Positions 25,215-34,413 of a DNA stretch of 39,085 nt are shown here, one piece after another. Made by a program: the position numbers and the translations under genes. Below the pieces are notes generated by a model. It worked only from the letters and a program-made list of their open reading frames with translations. It did no database searches and was not told the DNA's origin. The DNA comes from a virus (taxonomy: Duplodnaviria; Heunggongvirae; Uroviricota; Caudoviricetes). The stretch spans positions 1 through 39,085 of the IMG/VR virus record IMGVR_UViG_3300032116_000060. The stretch is one strand, 5' to 3'. Numbering within the stretch: the stretch's first letter is position 1; every line of letters starts with the position of its first letter.

Positions 25215-26945
25215 TTAACCACCAAATGTTGTAGTATTTCCAAGATCTATTGTTCCACTTTTAACGCTTGGAGTTGGTGTTGGTAGGGTAGCTCTATTGG
25301 CTGCTATCTGTTGTTGTAAAGTTTTTAATGCATCCTGTCTCATATCAGCCAATTGATTATCGATTCTTTGTATGTTTGCTTGTTGTTGTGCCTGTTGAGC
25401 ATTTTTAGCATCGATTGATGGTTGTATAATGTCATTGGCTATACCACCAACACTTTTGGCAACTGAATCACCTAAACTAGAAGCCTGGTTTAAAATGTTC
25501 GCCGGCGCATTCAATAAACTTAATGGGTCTTTTAGATTTATATTACCTATTCCACTCACAATGCCTTTACCTTGTGCTAACAACCCACCTACATTTGGTA
25601 GTTTGCCTAATCCGGGTAATGTGTTTAAATTATTTAAATTTAATTTTTTAGGTAATTGAGGTATTGAAGGCAAGTTAGGTAATTTTGGTAATTCAGGTAA
25701 TTCAAAATTCTTTAAGGTGAATTTTGTTTTTAAATTTTTATCCTTTGCTTCCCTTTTTTGTTTTTTCCTTTGTAATCTCGCATCTCTTCTCGCATCTCTT
25801 TTTGCCAATAAGGTAAATTTGAAATCCATAAAAAGGTTTTTAATATTTTTAGGAGTTGGTAGTTTTGTTTTAATAAGATTTTTAACAGAACTTATCTTAC
25901 CATTAATCGCATCTTTTGATAAAGCGGCTTTTAGGTCTTTAAACTTATCACCTAATTTGGCTGCGGTATCAGATAGATTTTTAATCGAATCCTTCGTATT
26001 ACCATATATACTTTTTATACCTCCTAATGCAGCATTAGCGATAGCAAAAGTAGTTCCAACTTTTGTTACTGAATCTATAATCTTACCCAACTTATCCGCC
26101 CTTTTATTATCAAATGAAACTGATGCTAATGTTTTACCGGGTTGTGGTTCATCAACAGGATTCAAATCAGCAACCGTTTTAACTTTTGGAGGTATAACAA
26201 ATGAATAATCTAATAGGGTAGTAGGAGTTGGCCCATCTAACCATTGAAGTAAAAATACAGGTGAAATGGTAAAACCATATAAAATACCACCATCTTTTTT
26301 CAATTTATCTGCTTCAAAATTATTATACTTATCCACAAATGATTGCCAGTTCAAAGTAATATAGGGGTATTGTGTTAAATCTTTTTCTAATGTATGCAAT
26401 ACCTTACCCAAATTAGTACTCCACTCCACTTGTAACTTCTCATAAACAAATTGTGAAATATATCTTATTCCATTTGATGGTGGGTGATTTTCGAATTGAA
26501 CTATATATGGGAAAAAAGTTTGAGGAACGACAACTACATTATCTAAATCATTATCTACTGGTATAGTAATCTTATTGATTGTACTATAAAATCCATATAG
26601 AGTTACATCAGTTTTTTTAGGAGTTGTAATAGTTCTAACTTCTATTTGCTCATCTTTGGTAATAATCACTTCCGGTTGAACAACCTTTATCACTTCCGGT
26701 GTAATTGATTTACCAACCTCGCCCTCTTCTAATTTGGGTTTTCGGTCTTTACCAAATTTTCTCCTAAGTATAGAATTATTTTCATCGGGCTTTCCTTTTT
26801 TCTTTTTTCCACCCGCTAATACAGCCGGTAGAACTGCCAAAGAAGCGCCTGCGGTAAATGGAGCTGCTAAAACTGCACCAACGCCGGCTACTAATTTACC
26901 AACTTTAGATTTGAAAAAATTACCGATATTTTTAAATAATCCCAT
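25215..26945 (-). CDS. Low-complexity 576-aa protein, possibly virion-associated
   Basis: Amphipathic/hydrophobic N-terminus, basic RDARRDAR...KK block, (xLP)n run and Q-rich coiled tail. ATATTTAT motif 4 nt upstream. Confidence 0.7.
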   Translation of the reverse strand: MGLFKNIGNFFKSKVGKLVAGVGAVLAAPFTAGASLAVLPAVLAGGKKKKGKPDENNSILRRKFGKDRKPKLEEGEVGKSITPEVIKVVQPEVIITKDEQIEVRTITTPKKTDVTLYGFYSTINKITIPVDNDLDNVVVVPQTFFPYIVQFENHPPSNGIRYISQFVYEKLQVEWSTNLGKVLHTLEKDLTQYPYITLNWQSFVDKYNNFEADKLKKDGGILYGFTISPVFLLQWLDGPTPTTLLDYSFVIPPKVKTVADLNPVDEPQPGKTLASVSFDNKRADKLGKIIDSVTKVGTTFAIANAALGGIKSIYGNTKDSIKNLSDTAAKLGDKFKDLKAALSKDAINGKISSVKNLIKTKLPTPKNIKNLFMDFKFTLLAKRDARRDARLQRKKQKREAKDKNLKTKFTLKNFELPELPKLPNLPSIPQLPKKLNLNNLNTLPGLGKLPNVGGLLAQGKGIVSGIGNINLKDPLSLLNAPANILNQASSLGDSVAKSVGGIANDIIQPSIDAKNAQQAQQQANIQRIDNQLADMRQDALKTLQQQIAANRATLPTPTPSVKSGTIDLGNTTTFGG

Positions 26946-26968
26946 ACCAATAAATATGTTAATAGGAA

Positions 26969-27811
26969 TTATCTATGTTTTGATTCCAAATATGAAACCA
27001 ACTCTTTTGCATACCCTCTATGCCCCAATACACCAGGATGAACATCTTCAATAGAAACCTCATCCACTATTCTACCTCTATTTTTTTGGGCCCAAATGTA
27101 AGATGAACCAAATGGTAAAATATTATCGGAAAAAATACGTTCTTTTAACCCAACTAAATCGTAATTGAGTTCTTCGGTTATATAAAAAGTTACACCATTT
27201 AATTTTAGGAAAGAAAGAAAGGTAATAAGTTCTCTTGTCAATTTTTGAAATATTTGTTTTGGATTTAAACACTCCTCCACAAATGGTTTTAAAATTGGTC
27301 TTAAATGGTTATTATCATCTGAATAAACCCTTTTAGCATAATCCCTACAACTAAACCATTCATCTATTGTATTATTTTCAGAATGTATTGTATAATTAAA
27401 TAATGTATATTGATTGAATGTATTAGAATAAAATTCCAACCTACTAAAATCAGCCAATTCCAAAATAACTAAAATCTTATCTCTTATCTCCCAATTTTCG
27501 GATATGAAATCATAGGTAGTTCTTATTATTCTCTCTATACCCCCACCACTTTGAGCATCATTAATAGTTTGTATTTTTGATGTATCGGCAAATATCGATG
27601 GGTATGCAACATCTAATCGTGAATTCCAATAGGGAATACCATAAGTTTCGTTGTATATCTTTAAAACATCTCTCCTACCATCCTTTAAATCTTTTTCAAC
27701 ACCATTCTCATCTCTCTCATTCCAATCAACATCGTTAATGGTTTCTAATCCACCTCCTTGCGTAAAAGAACATCCGTTAAAATACGCAAGATTAAACTTT
27801 TGGTTTAACAT
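26969..27811 (-). CDS. SGNH/GDSL-like protein
   Basis: FNGCSFTQG, NDAQSGG and EDVHPGVLGH motifs. Confidence 0.65.
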   Translation of the reverse strand: MLNQKFNLAYFNGCSFTQGGGLETINDVDWNERDENGVEKDLKDGRRDVLKIYNETYGIPYWNSRLDVAYPSIFADTSKIQTINDAQSGGGIERIIRTTYDFISENWEIRDKILVILELADFSRLEFYSNTFNQYTLFNYTIHSENNTIDEWFSCRDYAKRVYSDDNNHLRPILKPFVEECLNPKQIFQKLTRELITFLSFLKLNGVTFYITEELNYDLVGLKERIFSDNILPFGSSYIWAQKNRGRIVDEVSIEDVHPGVLGHRGYAKELVSYLESKHR

Positions 27812-27812
27812 A

Positions 27813-28187
27813 TTATTTTTTTATTGTAAATGTTTCTAATAGAAATTTTTGTCTCTTATTAAGAAACTCTATTGATTTGCTTGTATCGGATAGGGCATAA
27901 ACTAATTCTCCCTCTTTATTAACTGCCATTCTCAAATAACCCTTATGGTTAAGTTCATATAACGTGGATGATAACCCATCCCTATTTAGATTGTGTATCA
28001 ATAACCCCAATTCTTTAGTATCTAAATCCACCACACCTTCACTCTTATATTTTTTATACATCGAAGCCTGGAGTGTCAATTTTAATTTTACAGGTAGGAT
28101 AAAGGGGTATTCTTCAAAAAATGAACCCTTCTTTAAAAGCCTTACAATATGCTCAGCTTTATCATTAATTTCTTCTTCTATATCCAT
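27813..28187 (-). CDS. Hypothetical protein
   Basis: 124-aa ORF; upstream ATATTTAT motif at about 28202-28211. Confidence 0.7.
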   Translation of the reverse strand: MDIEEEINDKAEHIVRLLKKGSFFEEYPFILPVKLKLTLQASMYKKYKSEGVVDLDTKELGLLIHNLNRDGLSSTLYELNHKGYLRMAVNKEGELVYALSDTSKSIEFLNKRQKFLLETFTIKK

Positions 28188-28261
28188 ATAACATCATTTT
28201 AAATAAATATAAAAAAAATGGTGATAGAAACTACCACCATCGATAAACACTATGTAATAAA

Positions 28262-28480
28262 TTATTTTTTTCTCTTTTGAAAAAATTCTTTAATAGTAAG
28301 AAAATACCACATTGGTAGTGTTACTATACAATTCAAAAATAGAAAGAAATTGGATAGGAATCCATTCATTACAATGTTTTGTTTCTTTAACTCATTAGTA
28401 ACCCCAATAATCATAGGGAACATAAGAATCATATATACACATAAAAAAATGTTCATATTAAAAAATTTGAAATCCCCCAC
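28262..28480 (-). CDS. Small hydrophobic hypothetical protein
   Basis: Two hydrophobic segments and a basic C-terminus. Confidence 0.6.
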   Translation of the reverse strand: MGDFKFFNMNIFLCVYMILMFPMIIGVTNELKKQNIVMNGFLSNFFLFLNCIVTLPMWYFLTIKEFFQKRKK

Positions 28481-28937
28481 AATTGCGGAGGAATATGATA
28501 AAATCTTTTATTCTACCAACCGATGTAGAGTGAGCCGATTCAACTGCTAATCCTTCTGATGTTACTACCGATGAATACATAATTTCTCCATAGGGGTATT
28601 GTTCGTTTAATGAAACTTCTTTTTCAGTTCCGATGAATCGACCTGTTCCAAATTCACACCATGCTCCTAAACAAAGATATATCCTATCATCATCACCTTT
28701 TAAGTTGAAATCGTTTCCCAAAAGTTTCTCCAATGCATCTGCTAACTTATCACACTGCTTTTGTGTACGAAGGCCTTTACCATCGTTTGAACCCCAATGA
28801 GAAAAATCAATCTTTAATTTTGATTGTTCAGCCGCCAATTGGCAAATGTAATTAATAGGTCTCCATCCCCACCAATTACTCGCAAAATAATCACCCACTT
28901 CTGTTTTTGGGTTTCTACCTGAAATATCTACTCCCAT
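28458..28937 (-). CDS. Hypothetical phage protein
   Basis: 159-aa ORF with FASNWWGWRP and FLRNCGGFQI segments. Confidence 0.75.
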   Translation of the reverse strand: MGVDISGRNPKTEVGDYFASNWWGWRPINYICQLAAEQSKLKIDFSHWGSNDGKGLRTQKQCDKLADALEKLLGNDFNLKGDDDRIYLCLGAWCEFGTGRFIGTEKEVSLNEQYPYGEIMYSSVVTSEGLAVESAHSTSVGRIKDFIIFLRNCGGFQIF

Positions 28938-28958
28938 AATTTTATATTTTAAATTTTA

Positions 28959-29189
28959 TTAATAACTCATTTCGATTTCCTCTACGAATTTACCATCTTC
29001 AAACCAATACATTCTACCTAACTCAATAACTTCAACTACACATCTACCTTCGTTATAATCCAAAAGGTTTTCACATTCATCCCAAATCCACGGAATATCT
29101 TTTTTATCTAACATTATGCAAAACTCAGTTGCGGAAAGAGAATGGGCTTCATACTCTAAAAATTCTAATAACTCTTTTACTTTACTCAT
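28959..29189 (-). CDS. Hypothetical protein
   Basis: 76-aa acidic ORF in the tandem array. Confidence 0.65.
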   Translation of the reverse strand: MSKVKELLEFLEYEAHSLSATEFCIMLDKKDIPWIWDECENLLDYNEGRCVVEVIELGRMYWFEDGKFVEEIEMSY

Positions 29190-29193
29190 AATT

Positions 29194-29529
29194 TTATATT
29201 TTAACTTTTAATGATTTAATATGCTTACAATCTCTACCTCTACTCCAACCAAATGCGGGACAACTACAACTCCATTTTCCTTCATCATTTAAGACCTTAT
29301 ATATGTTTCCTTTACTACCTTCTACATTATAATTAGCTTTAATACGTTTAGGAGATTCTTTCTTTAGAGTAGTATATGTAATTCTATTCCACATTTTACT
29401 TAACTCATCCCAATCATATCGTCTATCCACTTTAACCCATCCTAATTTAGAATCAGTAGTTGCTATATACCATTGTCCATCTACAACTGATTGAATACAT
29501 ACCGGTGGTAATAATGAATTTATAACCAT
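29194..29529 (-). CDS. SWIM zinc-finger protein
   Basis: VEGSKG..Y.V...WSCSCPAF...CKHI (CxC...CxH). Confidence 0.8.
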   Translation of the reverse strand: MVINSLLPPVCIQSVVDGQWYIATTDSKLGWVKVDRRYDWDELSKMWNRITYTTLKKESPKRIKANYNVEGSKGNIYKVLNDEGKWSCSCPAFGWSRGRDCKHIKSLKVKI

Positions 29530-29532
29530 CTT

Positions 29533-29745
29533 TTATCTATATAAGGTTACGAAACTACCAAAATGTTCATCGAACACATTTATTGCGTTCTCATAATCAC
29601 CACTCATCATTTTAGCTTGAATTTCTTTGCCATCTAATCCTAATTGTTTGGCTAAGTTTTTAGCTGTTCCAATTAAGAAAAACACATTACCTTGTGGGCC
29701 CGTTAAATCGATTTCGATACCTTTGTTTTGTTTACTCTTTATCAT
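29533..29745 (-). CDS. Conserved small hypothetical protein
   Basis: IDLTGPQGNVFFLIG motif. Confidence 0.7.
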   Translation of the reverse strand: MIKSKQNKGIEIDLTGPQGNVFFLIGTAKNLAKQLGLDGKEIQAKMMSGDYENAINVFDEHFGSFVTLYR

Positions 29746-29749
29746 AATC

Positions 29750-30013
29750 TTATTTTTTATTCTCTTTGATGAAATTAATTGTGATTGCTATTCTATCAGT
29801 AATGTGAGTCGGTAAACCCAATTGTTTTGCTGATTCTAACATCTCTGTGTAAAGGTATCCATCCCATACACCACACAACATATTGTAAACCTCATTGAAC
29901 CAACTTTGTTCTTTAAGGATATAAAACATCTCCATTTGGTTTAGTGTTTCTCTATGATACGCCATCCATGTGGAGTTGAATAATTCGTGGCGGTTAAATC
30001 GTATAATGTTCAT
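29750..30013 (-). CDS. Hypothetical protein
   Basis: First ORF after the 30036-30066 promoter. Confidence 0.7.
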   Translation of the reverse strand: MNIIRFNRHELFNSTWMAYHRETLNQMEMFYILKEQSWFNEVYNMLCGVWDGYLYTEMLESAKQLGLPTHITDRIAITINFIKENKK

Positions 30014-30035
30014 ATCTTATCTTTTTATTACATAG

Positions 30036-30066
30036 TAAAGATAGGAATAAATTTTGGATTTTCCAA
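30036..30066 (-). promoter_or_regulatory. Promoter TTGGA-N18-TATCTTTA(CTATGTAAT)
   Basis: Copy of the 4255-4285 element. Confidence 0.7.
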
Positions 30067-30081
30067 GTAATAAGGGAATTA

Positions 30082-30118
30082 TTTTAAAAAAATAACCCAT
30101 TGAAAATCAATGGGTTAT
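30082..30118 (-). terminator. Hairpin ATAACCCATTGA-TTT-TCAATGGGTTAT plus T-tract
   Basis: Perfect 12-bp inverted repeat at 30092-30118, downstream of the 30148 stop. Confidence 0.7.
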
Positions 30119-30147
30119 GATAAAAAAAATATATAAATTTATATTGG

Positions 30148-31647
30148 TTAATTCTTAATAAAAGTTAATTCACTCGCATCATAGGTTTTTGTTGAACCAT
30201 TTGGGAATTTAAGGTGGAATTTTCTACCATAAGTTTTGATAATAAGGCCGGTTTTGTTTATTGCCTTAACATTAGCCACATCCCCCACTTCTACATCTTG
30301 CCATTTTAGTTCGGTTGCCTCATTTACACTCTCATTAAATCTTCTTCTACTTTCCATAGATTTCCAATTTACACCTTTAATAAGGTCGTCTAATGATTTA
30401 AACGCGGGTGAAGAAATTATTTTACCAACTAATACATAGTTACCACCCATATTTTTTTGAATCTTACCTGTTCCAATTACTTGCCAAAAGTTTCTATCTA
30501 CTCCTTTGGGAACAATAAAATCAATTATATTACCAACACCCTTAATTATTTTTAATTTTTGGTCTTTGGTTATATCTTCTAATGATTTATTTGATGGGAT
30601 ACCCTCTAATCCTTTAAATTGTTTTTCGGAAAGGATCGATTCTACTTCCAATTCAGCATCTGCATTTAATTTTTGGATATACTCTTCTTCCATATCTCTT
30701 AACTGAATCAAATTCTTTTCGTATCCTTTGATTTGATTTGTTAATTTGATAAGGATTTGTTTTAAGGTCTCCTTTTTCTTAGGATCAGTTTCGTTATTAT
30801 AAGGAACTACTGCCCTTTTTCTATCGGCCATTAATTCTTTAATCTTCTTTTCAACTGCCGCAGTTTTTACAAAAATTTTAGGAACATTCGAACTGATTTC
30901 GTTTACCGATTCTCTTACAAATTTACCATCTTTATCTGCTACATAATAAGCAATCATATTATATGAACCACCTCTTTGCTTTTCAAGCTTTTCTACTTCT
31001 TTTTTAGCATCTTTGTATGATGAATAAGAATCTTTGAATACACCTGTTCCTTGCCCTCTACCTTTATTATATCCTACATGGTATAAACCTTCACCCAATT
31101 GATTACTCGTATCGGTTTTAAAGAAAGGGCCTCTTCTAATAGTTTTAAAATCCAAACTCATTTCGTTTCCGAAAATCTCTTTTGGAGCTAGGATTCTTAA
31201 TCGAATAGTTCCATTACTATTATCTACTCCTAATGTTTCAAAATCAATTTGATTATATGATTTACCTTTAAATTTTAAGTTCTTACCGGTAATTAATTTA
31301 TGAACTTTACCACCACTAACCGCTTGATTCTCTTTAAGACTTCTTTTTTGAAGAACTAATTTATTTATATCGGAAAACAAATCTGCTATATCTTTATCTA
31401 ATTTTTTTTCATCTGCCGTCATAGGTGTTTCAATATCTACATCGGAATATAATTTCTTCTTCTTTGCTATCAAAGTATCTACTTTTTTAAGTAAATCGTT
31501 TTTAGCTTTATCCAAATCCTTAATGATGTCATCTTTTGTAGATTCGGTGACAGGAACACAATTAGGAACTTGCTTTCCACCCTTATTTTTCATACCAACC
31601 TGCTTATATCCGGTCCAGCATTCAGTAAGTATCGGTTTTAATTTCAT
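30148..31647 (-). CDS. Modular protein, probable internal head protein
   Basis: N-terminal CWTGYKQVGMK.KGGKQVPNCV module. Segments are bounded by [LV]-x-E sites (LTE, VTE, LKE, LGE, ESVNE, LSE, ESVNE). Confidence 0.65.
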   Translation of the reverse strand: MKLKPILTECWTGYKQVGMKNKGGKQVPNCVPVTESTKDDIIKDLDKAKNDLLKKVDTLIAKKKKLYSDVDIETPMTADEKKLDKDIADLFSDINKLVLQKRSLKENQAVSGGKVHKLITGKNLKFKGKSYNQIDFETLGVDNSNGTIRLRILAPKEIFGNEMSLDFKTIRRGPFFKTDTSNQLGEGLYHVGYNKGRGQGTGVFKDSYSSYKDAKKEVEKLEKQRGGSYNMIAYYVADKDGKFVRESVNEISSNVPKIFVKTAAVEKKIKELMADRKRAVVPYNNETDPKKKETLKQILIKLTNQIKGYEKNLIQLRDMEEEYIQKLNADAELEVESILSEKQFKGLEGIPSNKSLEDITKDQKLKIIKGVGNIIDFIVPKGVDRNFWQVIGTGKIQKNMGGNYVLVGKIISSPAFKSLDDLIKGVNWKSMESRRRFNESVNEATELKWQDVEVGDVANVKAINKTGLIIKTYGRKFHLKFPNGSTKTYDASELTFIKN

Positions 31648-31650
31648 ACA

Positions 31651-31660
31651 TATAAATATA
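31651..31660 (-). promoter_or_regulatory. TATATTTATA motif 3 nt upstream of ATG 31647
   Basis: Exact motif copy. Confidence 0.55.
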
Positions 31661-31677
31661 ATTTTATTCCAAAAAGA

Positions 31678-32181
31678 TTATATGTTTTTTAATCTCTCCT
31701 CTAATTCCTTCTTTAAATCCCCATTCACCTTAATCCCATCTATTAATTCACTCATCATTTTACCATAATCAATAGTAGTTCCACTATTTTGAACCATATT
31801 AATAATACCACTACTTGCACCCCCACCATTTATTCGATGTGATATAGTAGAAACAAGTTTTTCCTCCATCATTAGGATTTCATCCACTAATCCTTCAAAG
31901 ACCATTCTAAAATCGGAAAGTTTTAGCATCATTGCTCGTGAAACAATTGTTTGTGTGGACATTCGGTTTTCCCCTTCGATGGAAACAAAAAAATCAGTTG
32001 AACCCATTCGGAATTTATGATTATTAGTCAATACTTTTAATTTCCAAATAGGTTTATCAGGTCTATTAAAATTAATTATTTGAGTTGTATATTTAGTTTC
32101 TTCAGCATTGTGAATTGGATTTACAATTGTTAATCCTTTATACGTTATACCACTTAACTTCTCCCAACCTTTTATTTTCAT
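31678..32181 (-). CDS. Hypothetical protein
   Basis: 167-aa ORF. Confidence 0.7.
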   Translation of the reverse strand: MKIKGWEKLSGITYKGLTIVNPIHNAEETKYTTQIINFNRPDKPIWKLKVLTNNHKFRMGSTDFFVSIEGENRMSTQTIVSRAMMLKLSDFRMVFEGLVDEILMMEEKLVSTISHRINGGGASSGIINMVQNSGTTIDYGKMMSELIDGIKVNGDLKKELEERLKNI

Positions 32182-32183
32182 AA

Positions 32184-33515
32184 TTAATAAAGATAGATGT
32201 AATCGTTATAAGAATCGGATACCAATTTTTGTCTTATTCTTTCATCGGATACATCAAAATGTTGCGCCGCATCTTTGATAGAATAAAAATCAATTCCTTC
32301 ACATTGAATAGTATGCAACTGTTCCCTTACCACTACACCTTCTAAACTTTTTTCATGCTCTTCATATGAAATGTTAGTAGTAGGTTCTTCTAATTGAATC
32401 CAATGGCGGTAAAGAGGATTGGATGAATAGATGCGGTTTCTAATTTCACCAACACTCATATCAATGTATTGTGAAGCCTGCACCGGTGATTCAAACAAGT
32501 ACCCATCTAAACTTATTTTTAATACGGGTTTAGTTTCTTCCCCAATCACCTGCCAATCTTTGTATTTAATTTTTGGAGAAAGGCATCTTCTTTCTACTTC
32601 GGAGGCAACTAATATATCAGCATCTATTGAAATAGCGGCCTCTCTAAATGATTTATACTTTTTTCCTTCTACTATACATTTGTATTCACCATCCCATTCT
32701 AATTCTTCTGTGGCAAGGTCGGGATTACCTTTTACAAAAGTAAGTACATTTTGGTGAACGGATGGAACTTTTCGGTTTCTTTCAAAGTAAGTATCTCCTA
32801 CTCTTGATGCCGCATGTTGCGAATTGATTAAAATCATATCATTGTAAAATTTGTAACCTGCTTCCTCACATATTTTTATTGTATCCGGAACTAATCCTTT
32901 GTAACTACCGATTTTGTAACTACCTGTCTTTGTAAGTTCTCTAATTTCTGATACCACAATTGTAAAAAAGCGGTTTGGTTTTAATTTGTTAAACGTTTGT
33001 TTTAGTATTGATTTATATTTGTTTAAAAATGTTTGATAATCCATATTAGATAAATCATCAGGTGAATCCGAATAGATTTCTAAATCATGATAAGGAGGGC
33101 AAGTAAATATGTAATCATAGCCCTCATCATCTAATAGGGTAAGTTCTTTATCACTGTCACCGAAAATCCAATTTGGTTTATGGGATTGTAATCGGTTCGC
33201 TTCTATTTGTGTTTCGGATAAATCTATACCATCGTATCTTAATCCCATTTCGGTTGCAATGATTCCTCTCACACTCCCACCTGCAAATGGGTCTAATACC
33301 TTACCACCTTTAAGTGCAAACCATTCATACATCTTTTCACATAAGGTTGCATCAAAGATAGAAACGGTGTTCTCTTCGGTATCCCAAAAGCGAGATTTGG
33401 ATATGGTTGCCTCTCTACCTAATTCTGATTTGATTCCATAGGTATTTATCCACCATCTTTTACGGTCTTGCCATTCTTTGGTTCGAGAATCTAAAATGGA
33501 AAATGGTTTTATCAT
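32184..33515 (-). CDS. Amino DNA methyltransferase fused to three NUMOD1-like HTH repeats
   Basis: VLDPFAGGSVRG and IFTCPPY motifs, then three repeats of the form (G..Y/F.S..AA....R....S....W/Y). Confidence 0.8.
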   Translation of the reverse strand: MIKPFSILDSRTKEWQDRKRWWINTYGIKSELGREATISKSRFWDTEENTVSIFDATLCEKMYEWFALKGGKVLDPFAGGSVRGIIATEMGLRYDGIDLSETQIEANRLQSHKPNWIFGDSDKELTLLDDEGYDYIFTCPPYHDLEIYSDSPDDLSNMDYQTFLNKYKSILKQTFNKLKPNRFFTIVVSEIRELTKTGSYKIGSYKGLVPDTIKICEEAGYKFYNDMILINSQHAASRVGDTYFERNRKVPSVHQNVLTFVKGNPDLATEELEWDGEYKCIVEGKKYKSFREAAISIDADILVASEVERRCLSPKIKYKDWQVIGEETKPVLKISLDGYLFESPVQASQYIDMSVGEIRNRIYSSNPLYRHWIQLEEPTTNISYEEHEKSLEGVVVREQLHTIQCEGIDFYSIKDAAQHFDVSDERIRQKLVSDSYNDYIYLY

Positions 33516-33634
33516 CCGTTAATTAAAAATAGGATAAAAAGAATTACCATTCGGAACGCGTGGAAAAGAATAAAGAATCCCAATCCAACACCGATGATTT
33601 TTAATGCAAGTTCAATCCAGTTTTTGTTTTTCAT
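33512..33634 (-). CDS. 40-aa membrane peptide (not in track)
   Basis: MKNKNWIELALKIIGVGLGFFILFHAFRMVILFILFLING*, with ATGA overlaps at both ends. Confidence 0.7.
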   Translation of the reverse strand: MKNKNWIELALKIIGVGLGFFILFHAFRMVILFILFLING

Positions 33635-33993
33635 TTTTTAGTTTTATTAACTCTCATACCATAATCATTGTATTCGAAATCATTTTTAGGTAGATTATTA
33701 TCATAATCAGCCGGTAGGTTAGCAAGGTAATCATTCATCGCCTTTGTTTCTTCCTCATTGAATGAAATAGTTTCTCTATCCTCCTCATTATATTCATCTG
33801 CCTTTTCCAATACCCAATGTTTAAGGGAATCGTTACTATATCCCATACCGATGATTAAAGTTTGGAACGCCTCCATTACTTCATTTAAATCCAAATCAGA
33901 ATGGTCAATCTCAACGGTAGTTTTTGTTCCGTAAGTTTGTGCCGTAAATATGGCAGGTTTGTTGAATCCGGTTGTAAAATTTTCGTAACCCAT
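33631..33993 (-). CDS. Hypothetical acidic protein
   Basis: 120-aa ORF. Confidence 0.7.
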   Translation of the reverse strand: MGYENFTTGFNKPAIFTAQTYGTKTTVEIDHSDLDLNEVMEAFQTLIIGMGYSNDSLKHWVLEKADEYNEEDRETISFNEEETKAMNDYLANLPADYDNNLPKNDFEYNDYGMRVNKTKK

Positions 33994-34001
33994 TTGTTTT
34001 T

Positions 34002-34211
34002 TTATTTAAGTGGAAAATATTTGCCAATTGCTTCTAACCTATCATCCGCATCTATTAACATCTTTAATGCATCTTCTGCATTCTTATAGAAATCATCGGT
34101 TGAATGGTCTCCAATACCAACTCCTCTATTTTCTAATAGGTCTAAAGTAAGGAGGGCCTTTGCTCTATCCGCTTCCGCAGTTGCTCTTAACATTTTTACT
34201 AATTTGCTCAT
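34002..34211 (-). CDS. Small helical phage protein
   Basis: GVGIGDHSTDDF motif; 69 aa. Confidence 0.7.
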   Translation of the reverse strand: MSKLVKMLRATAEADRAKALLTLDLLENRGVGIGDHSTDDFYKNAEDALKMLIDADDRLEAIGKYFPLK

Positions 34212-34226
34212 ATATTTTTTTTTGTT

Positions 34227-34412
34227 TTAATTTTCAATTTCTACATTCGGTATGTGCCTACAAAAAAGTAGAACCCCATTATGTTTAAGTGTAATATCAC
34301 ATTGCCAAAATTCTTTTACCATTTCGATGTTTTTCACCGAACCTTCTTTTACTTTTCGATAAACCCAATATAGTTCATCTTTATATGTTATTAATTCTTT
34401 TCCTAAACTCAT
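34227..34412 (-). CDS. Hypothetical protein
   Basis: 61-aa ORF. Confidence 0.6.
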   Translation of the reverse strand: MSLGKELITYKDELYWVYRKVKEGSVKNIEMVKEFWQCDITLKHNGVLLFCRHIPNVEIEN

Positions 34413-34413
34413 A

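Noticed and set aside
25429-27054. Plus-strand ORFs 25429..25659, 25717..26208 and 26734..27054
   Set aside because: Antisense shadows of the 576-aa minus-strand gene, with F/L/S-rich composition typical of reverse-frame reading.
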